From the NCBI RefSeq assembly GCF_001447785.1, contig NW_015161507.1, forward strand, positions 95,555 through 159,554: a DNA stretch of 64,000 nt, in the 5' to 3' direction. Made by a program: the position numbers and the translations under genes. The notes beneath the pieces were generated by a model. The model saw only the letters and a list, made by a program, of their open reading frames with translations, searched no databases and had not been told where the DNA came from. The stretch is from Gekko japonicus. Taxonomy: Eukaryota. Positions 1 to 13,192 of this stretch are shown here, piece after piece. The number at the start of each line of letters is the position of its first letter. The first letter of the stretch is position 1.

Positions 1-1166
1 CATAGTTCTGTCAGAGCTGTTCTTGAAAGAGCAGTTTCTGTCAGAGCTCTCTCAGCCCCACATAACTCACAGGGTGTCTGTTGTGGGGAGGGGAAGGGAA
101 AGAAGTTTGTAAGCTGCTCTGAGACTCCGAGTGAAGGGTGGGGTATAAATCCCTCCTCTTCCTCCTCCTTATCATTTTATGCTGCTTTATGCTCTGGAGT
201 TTGAATGGCTTGTTAATTTTAATGACTTTATTTTTAATGATTTGATCTTGTTTTATTTTGCGAGGCCCCTTACTCAGGCGTCTGAAGAAGACGCACATTT
301 ATGTATTCAATATCTATAAATATGCTGTGTAAATGAGCAGTGCCGTCCATTTTGCCATCTTCTTCACCAGGTCTTTGTAGAGAGAAAAAGGCATCTGGTG
401 TCACTTGAACACATGAAGCTGCCTTATACTGAATTAGATCCTTGGTCCATCAAGGTCTGTATTGTCTACTCGGACTGGCAGCAGCTCTCCAGGGTCTTAA
501 GTGGAGGTCTTACACAAGACCTAATCTTTGATCCTTTCAACTTGAGATACTGGGGATTGAACCTCTGGGGCCTTCTGCATGGCAAGCAGACACTCTGAAC
601 TATAACCCTCCCCTAAGCTATGGTCTACCCAGGAACATCTTCTGATCAGCTCCTCTTTCTCTGAGACTCACATGTGACGGGACAGCAGCAAATTAGTTCG
701 TGAAATCCCAGGTCTGTATAAATTAGGGGGTGTAGAGGTGTCCAGTGTTTTAGAAGAAGGGGCACTTGCCTATGAGGGAAGTTGAATCCTCCCAGTATTG
801 TCTACTCTGACTGGCAGCCGTCCTCTAGTCCCTTAAGCAAAGGAGGGTCTTTTCCAGTAACCTTACTTCAGACTGTTCACCTGGAGATGCCGAAAACTGG
901 ACAATTCTGTGTGGAAAGCAGAAGATAACAGCCCCTCCCCCAACATGAGGGAATTCTCTGAGCAGACAAAGACAGGATAGGAATACCATCAATCAGGGTT
1001 ATGTTTGGGCAGGAACGCACAGGAACGGAGTTTCGGCTGGCTCCCAAGTTGGCCACACCCAGCAGGAACTCATTAGCATAATAGGCCACACCCAACAGCA
1101 GGAACTCATTAGCCTATCGGGCCACACCCCTGACAGCACAGCTCATTAGCACATTAGGCCGCACCC

Positions 1167-1226
1167 NNNNNNNNNNNNNNNNNNNNNNNNNNNNNNNNNN
1201 NNNNNNNNNNNNNNNNNNNNNNNNNN
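1167..1226. other. Assembly gap (60 N) next to a minisatellite-bearing repeat
   Basis: Run of N, preceded by tandem ctcattagca..ggccacaccc units (about 1040-1166). Confidence 0.98.
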
Positions 1227-1500
1227 GATGCTGGACTAGATGGAATATTGGCCTGATCCAGCAGGGCTCTGTTTATGTTCGTATTTTCTTTTTAAAGGGG
1301 ATTTTATAGGTTCATGGAGGGTAAGTCCATCAATGGCTACTAGCCATGGTGACTGAGGGGAACCTCCTTATTCAGAGGCACTAATCCTCTGAATCCCAGA
1401 GCCAGGAGGCCACATCAGGGGAAGTCCTCGGCCTCTATGGTTGGCCAGTATGTGAGACGAGATGCTGCACTGGATGGATTATTGGTCTGATCCAGCAGGG

Positions 1501-1858
1501 TTTTTCTTTTTCTTTTTTTTCTTTTTTTAAGCCCCCGGAGGGGATTTTTTATTGTTTTTTAATAACTACAAAAAACTATAACAGAAAAAAGGGGAGGGGA
1601 ATACTACATATACGGGATAAAGTAAAGTACCCACTACTACCTAAAAACCCAAGAAAGAAGATCCTCCAACTAGCTTAGATACATCAAGTCTTCTCATCAT
1701 TGATCCTTTTATAAACTGAATCAAACATTTAACACCTTTTACCCTTAAAGTTAACATTTAACTGTCTAGTAACGGTACTCCCAGTCATCCCCAAGAACCA
1801 AAGTTCTCAAAGGCACAATTCAGAGTCCTTCAGCCTTTCCTTCTTTTCTCTTCTCTTC
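1501..1858 (-). mobile_element. 5'-truncated poly(A)-tailed LINE (L1-like) 3' end
   Basis: Begins with a poly-T tract; 12-bp TSD gatccagcaggg at 1489-1500 and 1859-1870; same 3' tip (cccctccgggggc+polyA) recurs at 36858-36890. Confidence 0.6.
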
Positions 1859-2362
1859 GATCCAGCAGGGCTCTGTTTATGTTCGTATTTTCTTTTTAAA
1901 GGGGATTTTATAGGTTCATGGAGGGTAAGTCCATCAATGGCTACTAGCCATGGTGACCGAGGGGGACCTCCATATTCAGAGGCACTAATCCTCTGAATCC
2001 CAGAGCCAGGAGGCCACATCAGGGGAAGTCCTCGGCCTCTATGGTTGGCCAGTATGTGAGACGAGATGCTGCACTGGATGGATTATTGGTCTGATCCAGC
2101 AGGGCTTTTCTTATGTCCTTATGAGGGGAAGGCCTTGGACTCTCTGCCCTGTTGTTGGCCCTCCAGAGGAGCTGGTTGGCCACTGTGTGAGACAGGATGC
2201 TGGACTGGATGGACTATTGGTCTGATCCAGCAGGACTTTTCTTATATCCTTATATTTGTACCGGTTCCTTCCTTGCTTTTTTTTCTGGTTGGGGGCATCT
2301 TCTCTCTCCTATAAGGGCCTAAAATTAACATCACAATACTTTCCTTTTTTTTCTTTCCTCAG

Positions 2363-3282
2363 ACGGAGCTGATGAAGCACAGGAGAGCGATGTGGAGACC
2401 TTTCAGCTGGGGAAGCCCGAGGAAATGACTGTATGTGAAATATCACTGGACGGGGCCAAAGGGGAATTCTTCCAGGAGACCGAGATGCCAGGAAGCCCCC
2501 CAGGTCCCGGAAGTCACTGGGAAAACGATCCCGAGAAGCCTTCCGGATTTCTCTGTGAGGAAGGTGATTTGGGCTTACGAGAAGGCATCTTCCAAGATGA
2601 AATCCTCAAGTGCAAGATCAAGAAGGAACAGATTGAAGATGAGGGCTTCGACCTCCTGCAGAGTCAGACCGTGCAAATGACCGTCAAACCTTACCAATGC
2701 CTCTACTGTGGGAAGACCTCCAACTGCAAAGCAAACCTCGTCGTCCATGAGAGAACCCACACTGGGGAGAAACCCTACGCCTGCTTAGACTGCGGCAAGA
2801 GCTTCAACCGGAAGTCGACCCTCGTCCGGCACAAGCGGATGCACACGGGAGAGAAGCCATATGAATGCGCCGAGTGCGGGCGTTGCTTCAGCATCCGGTG
2901 TAACCTCATCAACCACGAGAGAATCCACACGGGCGAAAAGCCGTACAGCTGTACTGACTGTGGGCAGAGCTTTAGCCGGAGGTTGCAGCTGGTGATACAC
3001 AGGAGGACCCACACGGGAGAGACCCCTTACCGATGCGCCCAGTGTGGGAAATGCTTCACCCGTCGCTCGTCCCTCTTGACGCACGAACGGATCCACACGG
3101 GGGAGAAACCAAACACGTGCACGGATTGCGGGAAGAGCTTCATCCAGAAAGGCTACCTTCTGATACACCGGAGAATTCATACTGGCGAGAGACCGTATAA
3201 ATGCACGGCGTGCGAGCAAAGGTTCCTGAACCGGAGTGATCTCCGTAGACATGAGAAGATCCATGCAGTAGCGAATCAGTGA
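2363..3282 (+). CDS. Terminal exon of C2H2 zinc-finger gene 1 (7 fingers); upstream exons outside the window or unrecognised
   Basis: Polypyrimidine tract + AG at 2361-2362 (phase 1, typical of KRAB/SCAN-ZNF last exons); 7 CX2CX12HX3H units with TGE(K/T/R)P linkers; stop at 3282. Confidence 0.93.
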
Positions 3283-3339
3283 GAACACCACGATGAGAAA
3301 AGAGGCTGTGGCGTTGAGCAGAGAGCTGCCTTATTCAGA

Positions 3340-3478
3340 GCAAAACCACTGAATCCAAGCACTTGGGCAATGAGTCTTTCCCAGTGCCTGAAAGACCCTT
3401 CAGCACAATGGAGCGAAACCACTGAGTCCAAGCACTTGGGCAATGAGTCCCAGTGCCTGAAAGACCCTTCAGCACAAA
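3340..3478 (+). repeat. Tandem duplication of about 70 bp in the 3' UTR
   Basis: aaaccactga.tccaagcacttgggcaatgagtc..cccagtgcctgaaagacccttcagcacaa occurs twice. Confidence 0.85.
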
Positions 3479-4144
3479 ACGCTGGGGATGGAACCTCAGA
3501 CTTCCGCATGACTTGCATGTCGGCCACCACGGAGCCACGGCCCCTCAGCACTGATACCAACCACTTTTGACCTGCTCCAAGGCGAAGGGATTCGCTAGAA
3601 ACCGAAAAGCATTTAACATTTTTTTAAGAGTTATTTTTATCTTTCAAAAATTTCTTAGAAAGGTAACAATGCAAAACAAAGCAAAAAAAAAAAAAGGAAA
3701 CACTGAACCTTTAAAGGTGCAGAAATCTTTATTAAGAGCTTGAAAACTGATGTCGCACCACTCCTGGCAAGTTTGTGGGGTGGACTCTTTAGTTAGGAAA
3801 AGGAGAGGTGGGGGGGGTGGAGGTGGGCGATGAGAAGCAGTTTATGAAATGTTGAAAAGCAAGTCAATAGAGTGGACTTTTTTTCTCTAGGTCATTAGAA
3901 CTCGGGGTGACCGGCACTAGATTTCGGATAGGGGGAAAGAATAAAATACTTTTTCGCAAGACTTGTTCTGAGCACCTGGAATGTTTGGCTGCAAGATGAG
4001 ATGATGACGACTGGTAGCTTAGATGCCTTTAAAAGGGGATTTCGTGGTGGGTGGCGCTATCAGTGGCTATTGGCTGTGAGTAGGGTCACCAAGAACCTGG
4101 ACGGGGAAAAAATATCCTGCCCGTTTAACAGAGGCCTAATGTCT

Positions 4145-4247
4145 GGTTGAGCAAACTCCAGAGGACGGCGGAAGACAGGAGGGCCTGGCGTGACATGGTT
4201 CATCGGGTCGCGAAGAGTCGGACTCGATTGTGTGACTGAACAACAAC
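4145..4247 (+). mobile_element. BovB/RTE LINE (or Sauria SINE) 3' tail
   Basis: ggcctggcgtg..catcgggtcgcgaagagtcggactcgattg..tgactgaacaacaac matches the BovB 3' end. Confidence 0.8.
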
Positions 4248-5966
4248 GTATGGTAGCGTTGTAAGCTCCATGTGGGGTCTGGGGATCTTTCAGAATTACA
4301 GACAATCCCCAGACTACAGAGATCAGTTCCCCAGGAGAAAATTTTCCCCAGTTTTAGCTTTTCATGGTATGCCATGTCACCCAATAAATAACCTCCCATT
4401 CAGCCTCTGTTAAAAGGGACAGGCGTTTTTCCCCCCTTTAGTTTGCTGGCAACTCCTAGCTGTGAAAGCTGAAAGGAATGTCCATATTCTGAGGTGGCAT
4501 GGTTTTGAAATTCTGTCACTGAACCGAAGAGGAGGACGTTTGCCTTAACGCCCTGTCTGTGAATTTTCTAGAATCATCCAGTGAGCTGCTGTTGGAAGCA
4601 GGATGCAGGCCTAGGTGACTGTTCGGTCTGATCGAGTAGGATTCTCATGATTCTAGCCCAGGGGTCCCTCACGTTTTGAGCCTGAGGGCACCTTCGGAAT
4701 TCTGACAGCATGGTGGGTGCAGCCACAAAATGGCTGCCGCAGCTTACATCCTGCAGTCACGTCTTGAAGATCCTTGTGCTGAGGTGACAGTTGCTGTCAA
4801 ATCGTCATTTGTAAAAACCTGCACATCCAGTCAAATCTCCAGTGGTCAGTAGCCCCACCTGGACCCACTGACTTTCAAAAAGTATTTGGCAGATGCCAAG
4901 AAAGGTGTCAGGGGGCACCACGTCGGGGACCCCTGTTCTAGCCTGTTACCTTCCAAACTGGAAATGCTCTTCATGGAACGTATTAAAAACAACAACAACC
5001 ATGTCTAAAAGCTAGTGTATAATGAATATTGATTGAAGTAAAATCCCAACAATTTTATTCACACTTAGAAAATTAATACTTCTTCAACAAAGGACGTTAG
5101 CACAGGAGGTATTCGGTAAATGCAGAGGTACGGTTTTAGGTTTCTGAGGCAAGTCAGAAAGGGAAACAATACATTAGGTGCCTCTTGTCTATAGTCCTCT
5201 TTTCATCTCCCATTATTAGTGTATAAGACATCTGTGCTTTTTATTTATTTTCTTCTTTGTCGTTTCTGTGTATTTTGTTTAAAGGCGAGTTAAAGCTATT
5301 GTAAAACTTGGGTGGGGGTTCAATAAAAAGAGGTTTTAAAAAACGGATTCGTAATTTTTTTTAAGTGCTCTCTGAAACAAAAATCAACGTATTTTTTTTA
5401 AAGGAGCAAGCAAGGTAAAAATTACATTATAACTTTTAAAAATGCAATTCTAGGTAGAGTTGTTCCCATCTAATCCCATTGTGGATTTAGAAGAGCATTA
5501 CTCTGTTTAGGACTGTGCTGTAAAAATCTCTGTCAGAAGGACTGTCAGTGTAATTCCAAGTGTGCTTGCTCAGTATTACATTTTAAAAAAAACAACTGAT
5601 ATATTGTTCAATACCGACTAAAGGAATTTTGACTCTTGAGAGCTCATACTCCCCCCCCGCCAATCTAGGTGTTCAATTCTGGTTTAGTTCTCCCTCATTC
5701 TTGTGCAGCTGAGAAAAATGCAGAAAAGGACCATCAAAATGATGAAAGGGTTGGAAAACCTCCTCAATGATAAAGCATTTGGAACTTTTTAGTAGAAAAA
5801 GGACTAGCTGGTCATGGTGGTGTGAAGGAAGATGATCAAAAGTTTGTAAAAGTAAGTATGGTATGGAGCAAGGTACACTTTCCTTGTCCTGATCACAACT
5901 GATGTTCATTCAATTGGGCTGATGTGCAGACAAAAGAAAGATCTTCACACAGCACATAATTAACTG

Positions 5967-6155
5967 AAATACACTGGAATGGTAGGTAAGGTGCAAACTT
6001 ATAGATGGGCCGAACAGCAAATGAACATGTAACATGAAAAAGATGTGTAAAGGCAAGCTAGGGTTTTGCCTTTGCGCATCTTCAACATATTACATGTTAA
6101 TTTGCTGTTCAGCCCATCTATAAGTTTGAACCTTACCTACCATTCCAATGTATTT
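5967..6155. repeat. Long imperfect palindrome (arms of about 90 bp) at a Penelope-like inverted terminus
   Basis: 5967-6058 is the near reverse complement of 6063-6155; directly followed by PLE pLTR-type sequence. Confidence 0.85.
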
Positions 6156-6299
6156 GAAAAAATGTGCATGTACACAAAAGCTCATACCTTGAATAAAACT
6201 CTGTTGGTCTTAAAGGTGCCACTGGACCCTTAAATTTGTTCTACTGCTTCAGACCAGCACAGCTGCCCACCTGGATCTATCCACAAAATTAACTGTTAG

Positions 6300-6516
6300 G
6301 TAACGGTTTCTCTTGCTCGAAAGCTAGTCGAATCTGACTCTAGGGTTGTGGTACTCCTCTCCGTTTCCAAGCCGAAGAGCCAGCGCTGTCCGAAGAAGTT
6401 TCCGTGGTCATGTGGCCGGCATGAGTAGACACCGAGGTGCATGGAACGCTGTTCCGAAGCGGTACCCATTTATCTACTTGCAATTTCTTGCTTTCGAACT
6501 GCTAGGTTGGCAGGAG
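6300..6516 (-). mobile_element. Sauria SINE fragment with 13-bp TSD
   Basis: Sauria-SINE sequence (ccgaagagccagcgctgtccgaaga..gtggtcatgtggccggcatg..gctttcgaactgctaggttggcagga); TSD aattaactgttag at 6287-6299 and 6517-6529. Confidence 0.85.
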
Positions 6517-7659
6517 AATTAACTGTTAGCCATGATGTAATCACCTCTGAATCACCCGTTGCTTGTGGGCAGGGGTCATTTTGTAGAAAAAGAGGTGCAG
6601 GAGCTCATTAGCATGATTATTTGCATATGCCACACCCCCTGACATCATCGGAAGTGGAGCTTGACTTTTAAAACACTGATGCAAAATTGTCTGGTAGTTA
6701 GCAATCTGTATGTATTGAATGTTATTGCTTATTGAATGTAATGAATATTTAACCTGATTAGGATGAAATAATTATACACTATGCCCTTTACTAAATGATG
6801 ACCATAAATAGAACACATTAGTTTGCTATAAGGTTTTTGCAGTGTATATTTGTTACTAGAATCACCGGAAGTGTGTCAGAAGGCAACACCCACCGCTCAG
6901 GCTCCACTGGACTGTTTTGGATCGCTAGCTACTGGGGGGGGGGAGAATGTGCAAATCTGTCCTCGCAGAGGAGGGAGAGCTCATACCTGAATAAAACTTG
7001 GTCTTAAAGATACCACTGGACTGTTTTGGACTGGGGGCTGGGGCTCTGCAACTTACCTGGCTGCTTCTTGCTCTGACTGAGGGCTGCTGGGAGCAGGGGG
7101 TGGGGCTTGTTGCATGTGCCCGCCCCCTGGGCTCTTTATTGCTGGAGCTCCGCTCCTGTGCCCTCCTGCAGGAAATGACCCCTGCTTGTGGGGGACACAA
7201 TAAGGGGAGGTTTTGACCATTATATTTTACTAGGGGTGGGGTTTCCCAAAGGTACCTGGCTGGTATTTTGGGAAACCATATGCTGGATGGTCCTTTGGTC
7301 TGATCCAGGAGAGCTCTTGCCAGATCTCCCCCTGGCCACCAGGTTGGGACGGGAAGGGCTGCCAGATCCAGGTTGGGAAACTCCTGGAGATTTGGAGATG
7401 GAGCCTGGAGAGGACAGGGACCTCAATGCGGTGCAATGCCATATAGCCCCCTCTCCAAAGCATCCATTTTCTTCAGGGGAACTTGTTATTGTAGTCTGCA
7501 GATGAGCTGTAATTCCAGGGGATCCCCAGGTCCCACCTGGAGGCTGGCATCCCTAAAAGGAAAGTGGAATTAACACCACCAGATTGCAGGGTTGCAATCT
7601 AGATTGAAAACAACTCTGGACAGTTCTTTTGTATCGGCAGGGCAACGTATTTTGATATC

Positions 7660-8210
7660 GAAACAGGGTTCCCAGCCGTATTATTCACGTCAAACGACAG
7701 CTGAGCCTCTCAGCGGGGGAAAACAAAGATGGCGCCAAAAGTATCCAGGAAGTAGCCAGGGCCAGACAAAGGAATCGCCCCTCTTTGTACTCTTCAGCGC
7801 TTCTGTAGCCTTAGCGTGGAGCCGCTCTAGCTCCTCTCACATCTATGATAGCCTGCTTCCCTCATACTAGATCGGAAGGACCCGTAGGGAGGGTCATCAC
7901 TCTGGTCTTTCTATTCTCTATGATTCTTGAGACACGGCGTGGAGGAAGTAGTTTGCGATGTTTTGACCCGCCTCGCAGCTCTATGGTGCCAGTCTTCTCT
8001 ATCAATGCGACGCTCTCACTATGGGCATCTCTATAGCGAAGCCCCCTCCTCCCCGCTCCTTTTTTTCGCTTTGCATTTTCAGGGCGCCGCCGGCTAGGTA
8101 AACGTCAACACAAGCAAGCATGCAAGGGACGGGCGTGCTTTGCTGCAGCCTAAGAGTTTGAATCGCAAGTGGGAGAAGGCGCTGGAGGCTGATGCTTAGA
8201 GCGGGTGAGG
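7660..8210 (+). promoter_or_regulatory. CpG-enriched putative promoter and first non-coding exon of ZNF gene 2
   Basis: CpG enrichment; YY1-like aagatggcgcc; ETS-like ggaag; candidate donors near 8098 and 8205; colinear homology to 30580-31090. Confidence 0.65.
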
Positions 8211-8858
8211 TTTTTGATTGCCTTTCTGCTATCCCCCCACCCACCCCTCGCTTTTCGGCCAAAACCCATTGGAGCAGGTCACAATCACAGCAATTTGGAA
8301 GGCATGCAAATATCCACGGAAGTATAATTTTTCAGGCTGGGCGTGTTGGAAAGGGTGTCCAGCTGCGGTCTTTTCCACCTCAGACTTCAGTGGTGCGAGG
8401 TGGGCTCTGAGCTGGATCCAGATGGTGATGGAGTGAGTTAAAGGATGGAGGGAGTGATGGTGGATTGCCTGTGTAGCTGCGGTCCAGTGGTGGAGCCCCT
8501 CGCTTTCCATGCAAAGACCCTGTGCGTGTCATCTTCGCTTAAAGGCTCTTTCTCTGTCTCCAGAGGAGTAGCCCTGTTTGCCTGTAGCTCCACAGTAAAA
8601 CGGGAGTCCAATGGCCCCTTAAAGACAAGCATCGATTAATCCAGTCCAAGATTTCGGGATTCAGTTCATTAGATGTACCTCATCTAATCACTCTGAAGAG
8701 CCGCAGCCGGTAAGAGTGGAAGATTCTCAGTTTCGGTCCTGATCTGGCAAGTAAAGACCTTGCTCTCCCTGGGGCCTCGGAGAATTACTGTCAGTCACTC
8801 ACGTCCCTGGTACAGGCTCTGTGGAAATCTTGTGGAAATCAGGTGGGCAGCCTGGTTG

Positions 8859-10127
8859 GTCTGAAGCTGCAGAACAAAGTTTGAGTCTCAGTTAATTACT
8901 TTCAGCCTTCCACAATTAAGGTTACATCTGCGCATCAGTCTCCAGTCTTGACATACTTATTTCCTTCACTCTGTTTCCCCCGGAATTAAACCCAGACAAA
9001 TGGTAACCATGTAAACTAAGCTTGTGATTCCCATGCATCCCTTAATCTGTTAAACATCTTCATTAAGCTGTATGTTAATTTACTGCTCACCCTCTACCTG
9101 TATGTATGGTAATTTCCATTTCATTGTATTTATTTATTTGAATCTGAATTTGTATCTGAAGAAGCGTGCATGCACATGAAAACTTATACCTTGAATAAAA
9201 CTTTGTTATTCTTAAAGGTGCCACTGGGCTCAAACTTTTTTTTTCTTTTTTCTTTTTTGGCCGACCCGGAAGCGGGCATCCAGGAGAACACTGGGCTCAA
9301 ACTTAGTTAAGCTTTTGCAGAGATATGTTATGTGCCATCTGCTTACAGGACTCGTTTGCTTTTGTCATCTTTTCCTTATGATATTCAAAATAAAAGCTGA
9401 TATTGCAAAGAAATCATAAGCCATTAAGAGTGCTGTCGTCCTAGAACTGCAATCTGCAGTCTGCAATCCTAAACAGAGTCATATCCCTCTGTGTCTATAG
9501 AAGTCAATGGGCTGAGAAAGGGTGTCATAAGAACATAAGAGATGGGTCTGAAGCTGCAGAACAAAGTTTGAGTCTCAGTTAATTACTTTCAGCCTTCCAC
9601 AATTAAGGTTACATCTGCGCATCAGTCTCCAGTCTTGACATATTTATTTCCTTCACTCTGTTTCCCCCGGAATTAAACCCAGACAAATGGTAACCATGTA
9701 AACTAAGCTTGTGATTCCCATGCATCCCTTAATCTGTTAAACATCTTCATTAAGCTGTATGTTAATTTACTGCTCACCCTCTACCTGTATGTATGGACTG
9801 GTGATTTCCATTTCATTGTATCTGAAGAAGCGTGCATGCACATGAAAACTTATACCTTGAATAAAACTTTGTTGGTCTTAAAGGTGCCACTGGGCTCAAA
9901 CTTTGTTAATCTTGTGCAGAGATATCTTATGTGCCATCTGCTTACAGGACTTGTTTGCTTTTGTCATCTTTTCCTTATGTATATTCAAAATAAAAGCTGA
10001 TATTGCAAAGAAATCACAAGCCATTAAGAGTGCTGTCGTCCTAGAACTGCAATCTGCAGTCTGCAATCCTAAACAGAGTCATATCCCTCTGTGTCTATAG
10101 AAGTCAATGGGCTGAGAAGGGTGTCAC
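8859..10127 (+). repeat. Tandem duplication of about 600 bp (8859-9528 and 9545-10127) containing a Penelope-like pLTR
   Basis: Near-identical blocks starting ggtctgaagctgcagaac; the copies differ by indels. Confidence 0.9.
9152..9189 (+). ncRNA. Minimal hammerhead-ribozyme-like motif in Penelope-like pLTR (duplicate at 9818-9855)
   Basis: gtat-CTGAAGA-a-gcgtgcatgcacat-GAAA-actt-atac: CUGANGA and GAAA core boxes, hairpin II, gtat/atac stem I; partly degenerate. Confidence 0.55.
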
Positions 10128-10938
10128 TCTCTTTAGGATTACACTGTAAGGCAGTGCTTGCCCTGGGAATTTCTAGGAAGCACCCAGCAGTTCTTGGCCT
10201 TTTTTACAGAGCTGTCTTCCTTCCCCAGTGCTTAATGTATACGATTTGGGGCATGCTTTTCAACAACTCTGTAAAGTATTATTGGTGTGGATATAGCCCA
10301 TCTGTGCATGGCAAGCACAAGGAGTTTCCCCTCAGTTTTCTAGGCTGTTTTGGTTGCCAGAAAGATTATTCTGGGATAGCAGGATTTCAGCAGAGGAATA
10401 ACCATGCGGGTTGGTGGGCTGGAATGAGGAGGGATGGCCCTGTGTAAGAGGAAGCAGGAGTGATTTCACCCATATTCTTCCATGCTCCAGCACCCTCACC
10501 CAGCCTTTCCCTCCATGTGGGTCCTGCGACCCTGGGAATGATCTTTCGGGGAATCAGAAGGTTCTGCAGGAACAGAGAGGAACACAGGAACACTCTGTGT
10601 TCTGTACAATTTATAGTTAGGGGTCCACAACATTGTCTCCCTATTAAAGATGGAGGAGAGATCTGTCTTTAGAAAGAAGCCCATCCGTTGAGTTCATCAC
10701 AGAGCTGAGATTCAAATGGGACATTGGGTCTCATAGTCGCTTTGCTTTGTGACCTATTGAGTAGTGTTTTGTTCAAGGGGGGATAAAAAGAAATAGAGAA
10801 TTTCACGAGGGCAAAGGTATTTGATAAAAAAACAGGCTGAAAACAGAGGTGATTGTGATGCGATGAAGCTTGCTTTCATTCTTTGAATCTGTCTTGCCGT
10901 CCAGAAGAGTGGAGGCTGGCCGTGAACGGAGTGTGGAC

Positions 10939-11088
10939 ATGGAAGCAAGGACAGAAGCAGGAAACGGGAGGAGTGAGCAATTCTGGGGAAGAATTCGGCA
11001 GACCCTGGAAGAGGCTGTGGGCACCTCAGACGTACAGAGCCAGTTGTTCCAGCAGATCGGCTACCCGGATGCCAAGGGGCCCCAAGAG
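10939..11088 (+). CDS. ZNF gene 2: first coding segment, N-terminal part of SCAN domain
   Basis: Acceptor at 10903-10904; ATG at 10939; SDVQSQLFQQIGYPDAKGPQEVC resembles SCAN N-terminus (RQRFRQFxYQExxGPREVC); the phase-0 donor after 11088 is weak. Confidence 0.7.
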
Positions 11089-12984
11089 GTTTGCAACTGC
11101 TTCTGTCTATTTAGATATTTAGATGTCACATTCGTATCCTGCAGTTCCTCAAAGGAGCTCAGGGGACTTTCACTCCACCCCCTCTTTTTATCTTCACAGC
11201 TACCCTGGGAGGTAGGTTAAGCCGATAGGTCAATGAACCAGTCCTGCTGGGTTGTGATCCCTAGATTTTGTGTGTGTGTGTGGCAGCTTCTTGGAAGGAT
11301 CTTCTGATTGAGAGCAAATGTGCCACTTCTCTTTGCATGCATGCAGCAGGACTGTGTGACAAGGTCTTGTTAATTCAGTCCCCTTAAGCAAGAAGTTTCC
11401 TTTTGTCTTAGGGTTCTCCCTCCAGTGGGTACACAACTGTCAGTAGGAAAACGCAGACTTCAAAGTGTTATTGATATGAATTAAATGGTTTATTGAAAGG
11501 CATTACTGCATAATACACTACAAAAGCAAATGGCAACATCACAGAGATGCATGATACAGGAATACATGAAAAGGTACGGATAGAAAATGTTCAGTACAAT
11601 ACAGATAGTTACAAGACATAAAATAAGCCGGTACACAGGCAGTGTTGAAACATGAATAAATAAAGTATAATTCTAAACCAGTTCTACACCAGTAGAGGAC
11701 ACACTAGGTAGTGGAGACATGGACCACAAACCTTGTAAATATTTTTGAAACAAAAGGTTGCAAAAATGAGAACAAACTTAATGCATACTAGCCAATCTAA
11801 ATGTTAAACAATGAATTGCCACCCTACCACTCTTTTGCCCCTCTCGTTTTAGTGAGTTCTTAGCAAGCAAGCGATACAATTTAATAGCTACCTATCCAAA
11901 GAACCAGGAAGGATGCAGAGGCAAGACTCTCACAGGCTTGTGAGCCTCTCAGCCCTCAGACTCCTGGGAATTAGGAGGATGAGAGGGCACAGCAAAGCAG
12001 TCTGTGGCCTGGAACTACAACACAGGCCTGTCAAGGCCTGGAGTTCCTTGACCTTAGAAAGGAAAACTTGTAAAACAACATGCTCTGTCCCTATGGGAAG
12101 AACAAAAACTATCGGAATAAAGAACTCAAAAAATTTAGAAAAAACTGTTCAAACTAAGAAATGAATGGACCCCAAGGATTCCAAGTCCCAGAAATAGGTA
12201 GGTAACAGGATTGGGTCCACAAGCAAATGGATCCCAAGAAGCTAAAATCCCACCCTCACCTGAGGTCTTTATACCTGATGTTTGATCCAGGGTGGTTCCC
12301 ACACCTGTAGGATGGAGAAATAGGTGTGAACACGTAATTTCCCCTCATTTATTGTTTATTTTGGCACCTAAGGGACCAGATGTTCCTTTCTCATAACATC
12401 TTTCCAATATCCCAAAACAATATGCCAGATTGAACTCTTCTTATTGGTTGTGAGACTGGCCTTCTTGTTTGTCAGAGCTGCAGGTGTTCTCATAAGTCTT
12501 CAGACTCAGTTAGCAATCAGCAGTGCATGCTGGGCTTTTCATGTTTCAGGCTAGGGTTCAAAGAAAAGTACTCCTGAGAATCATGGCTGTGGATGCTGAC
12601 AGTTTTGGGGGGTGTCTTTCCCCCCTTATGTGTGAAATCCAGTCATGGCATCTCAGCAGCTGCTTAACGTAGCTTAGTTGGAAAAGTTAATATCCCAGAT
12701 GACACACTAGTTTCTGGGCTCCTTCATCTGAAATCCACAAATTTGCCCAAAGCCATTGGCACAGTCACACAAAATGGGATCAAATATCCAGCAACCCATG
12801 CTGCCTTTCACCCCGTAATATCATGTAGGGTCAAACATCATTGAGGTCTTCTCGTGGGAGGGGGGCTTCTGTTGTAAAAATCCATTTGAACAAGCTCCGA
12901 CGAGTGTGGGCAAGTTGCCCCCATTAACAAAAGCTCTCTGAATACTAAGAGGTGCTTTCCCAGTGTTTTACAGCTACTTGTGGT

Positions 12985-13192
12985 CAGTGTTCCCTCTAAG
13001 CTGAGTTGGTGTGAGTTGGCTCACAGTTTTTTAGCCTCCGGTTCACACGTTTTTGCCTTTGCTCAGGAAGGAGGGCTCCAGAGCAAGCTAGGTGTTATGC
13101 AGGAGCCAAATTGCTCGCTCACAACTTTAATGCTGGTAGCTCACAAAGTAGAATTTTTGCTCACTAGACTCCACAGCTTAGAGGGAGCCTTG
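12985..13192. mobile_element. hAT-type MITE (208 bp)
   Basis: TIRs cagtgttccctctaagctg / cagcttagagggagccttg; perfect 8-bp TSD cttgtggt. Confidence 0.9.

Noticed and set aside
1040-1166. CRISPR-like array (also 16906-17010 and 34020-34290)
   Set aside because: Eukaryotic DNA; units lack unique spacers; minisatellite inside a non-autonomous transposon
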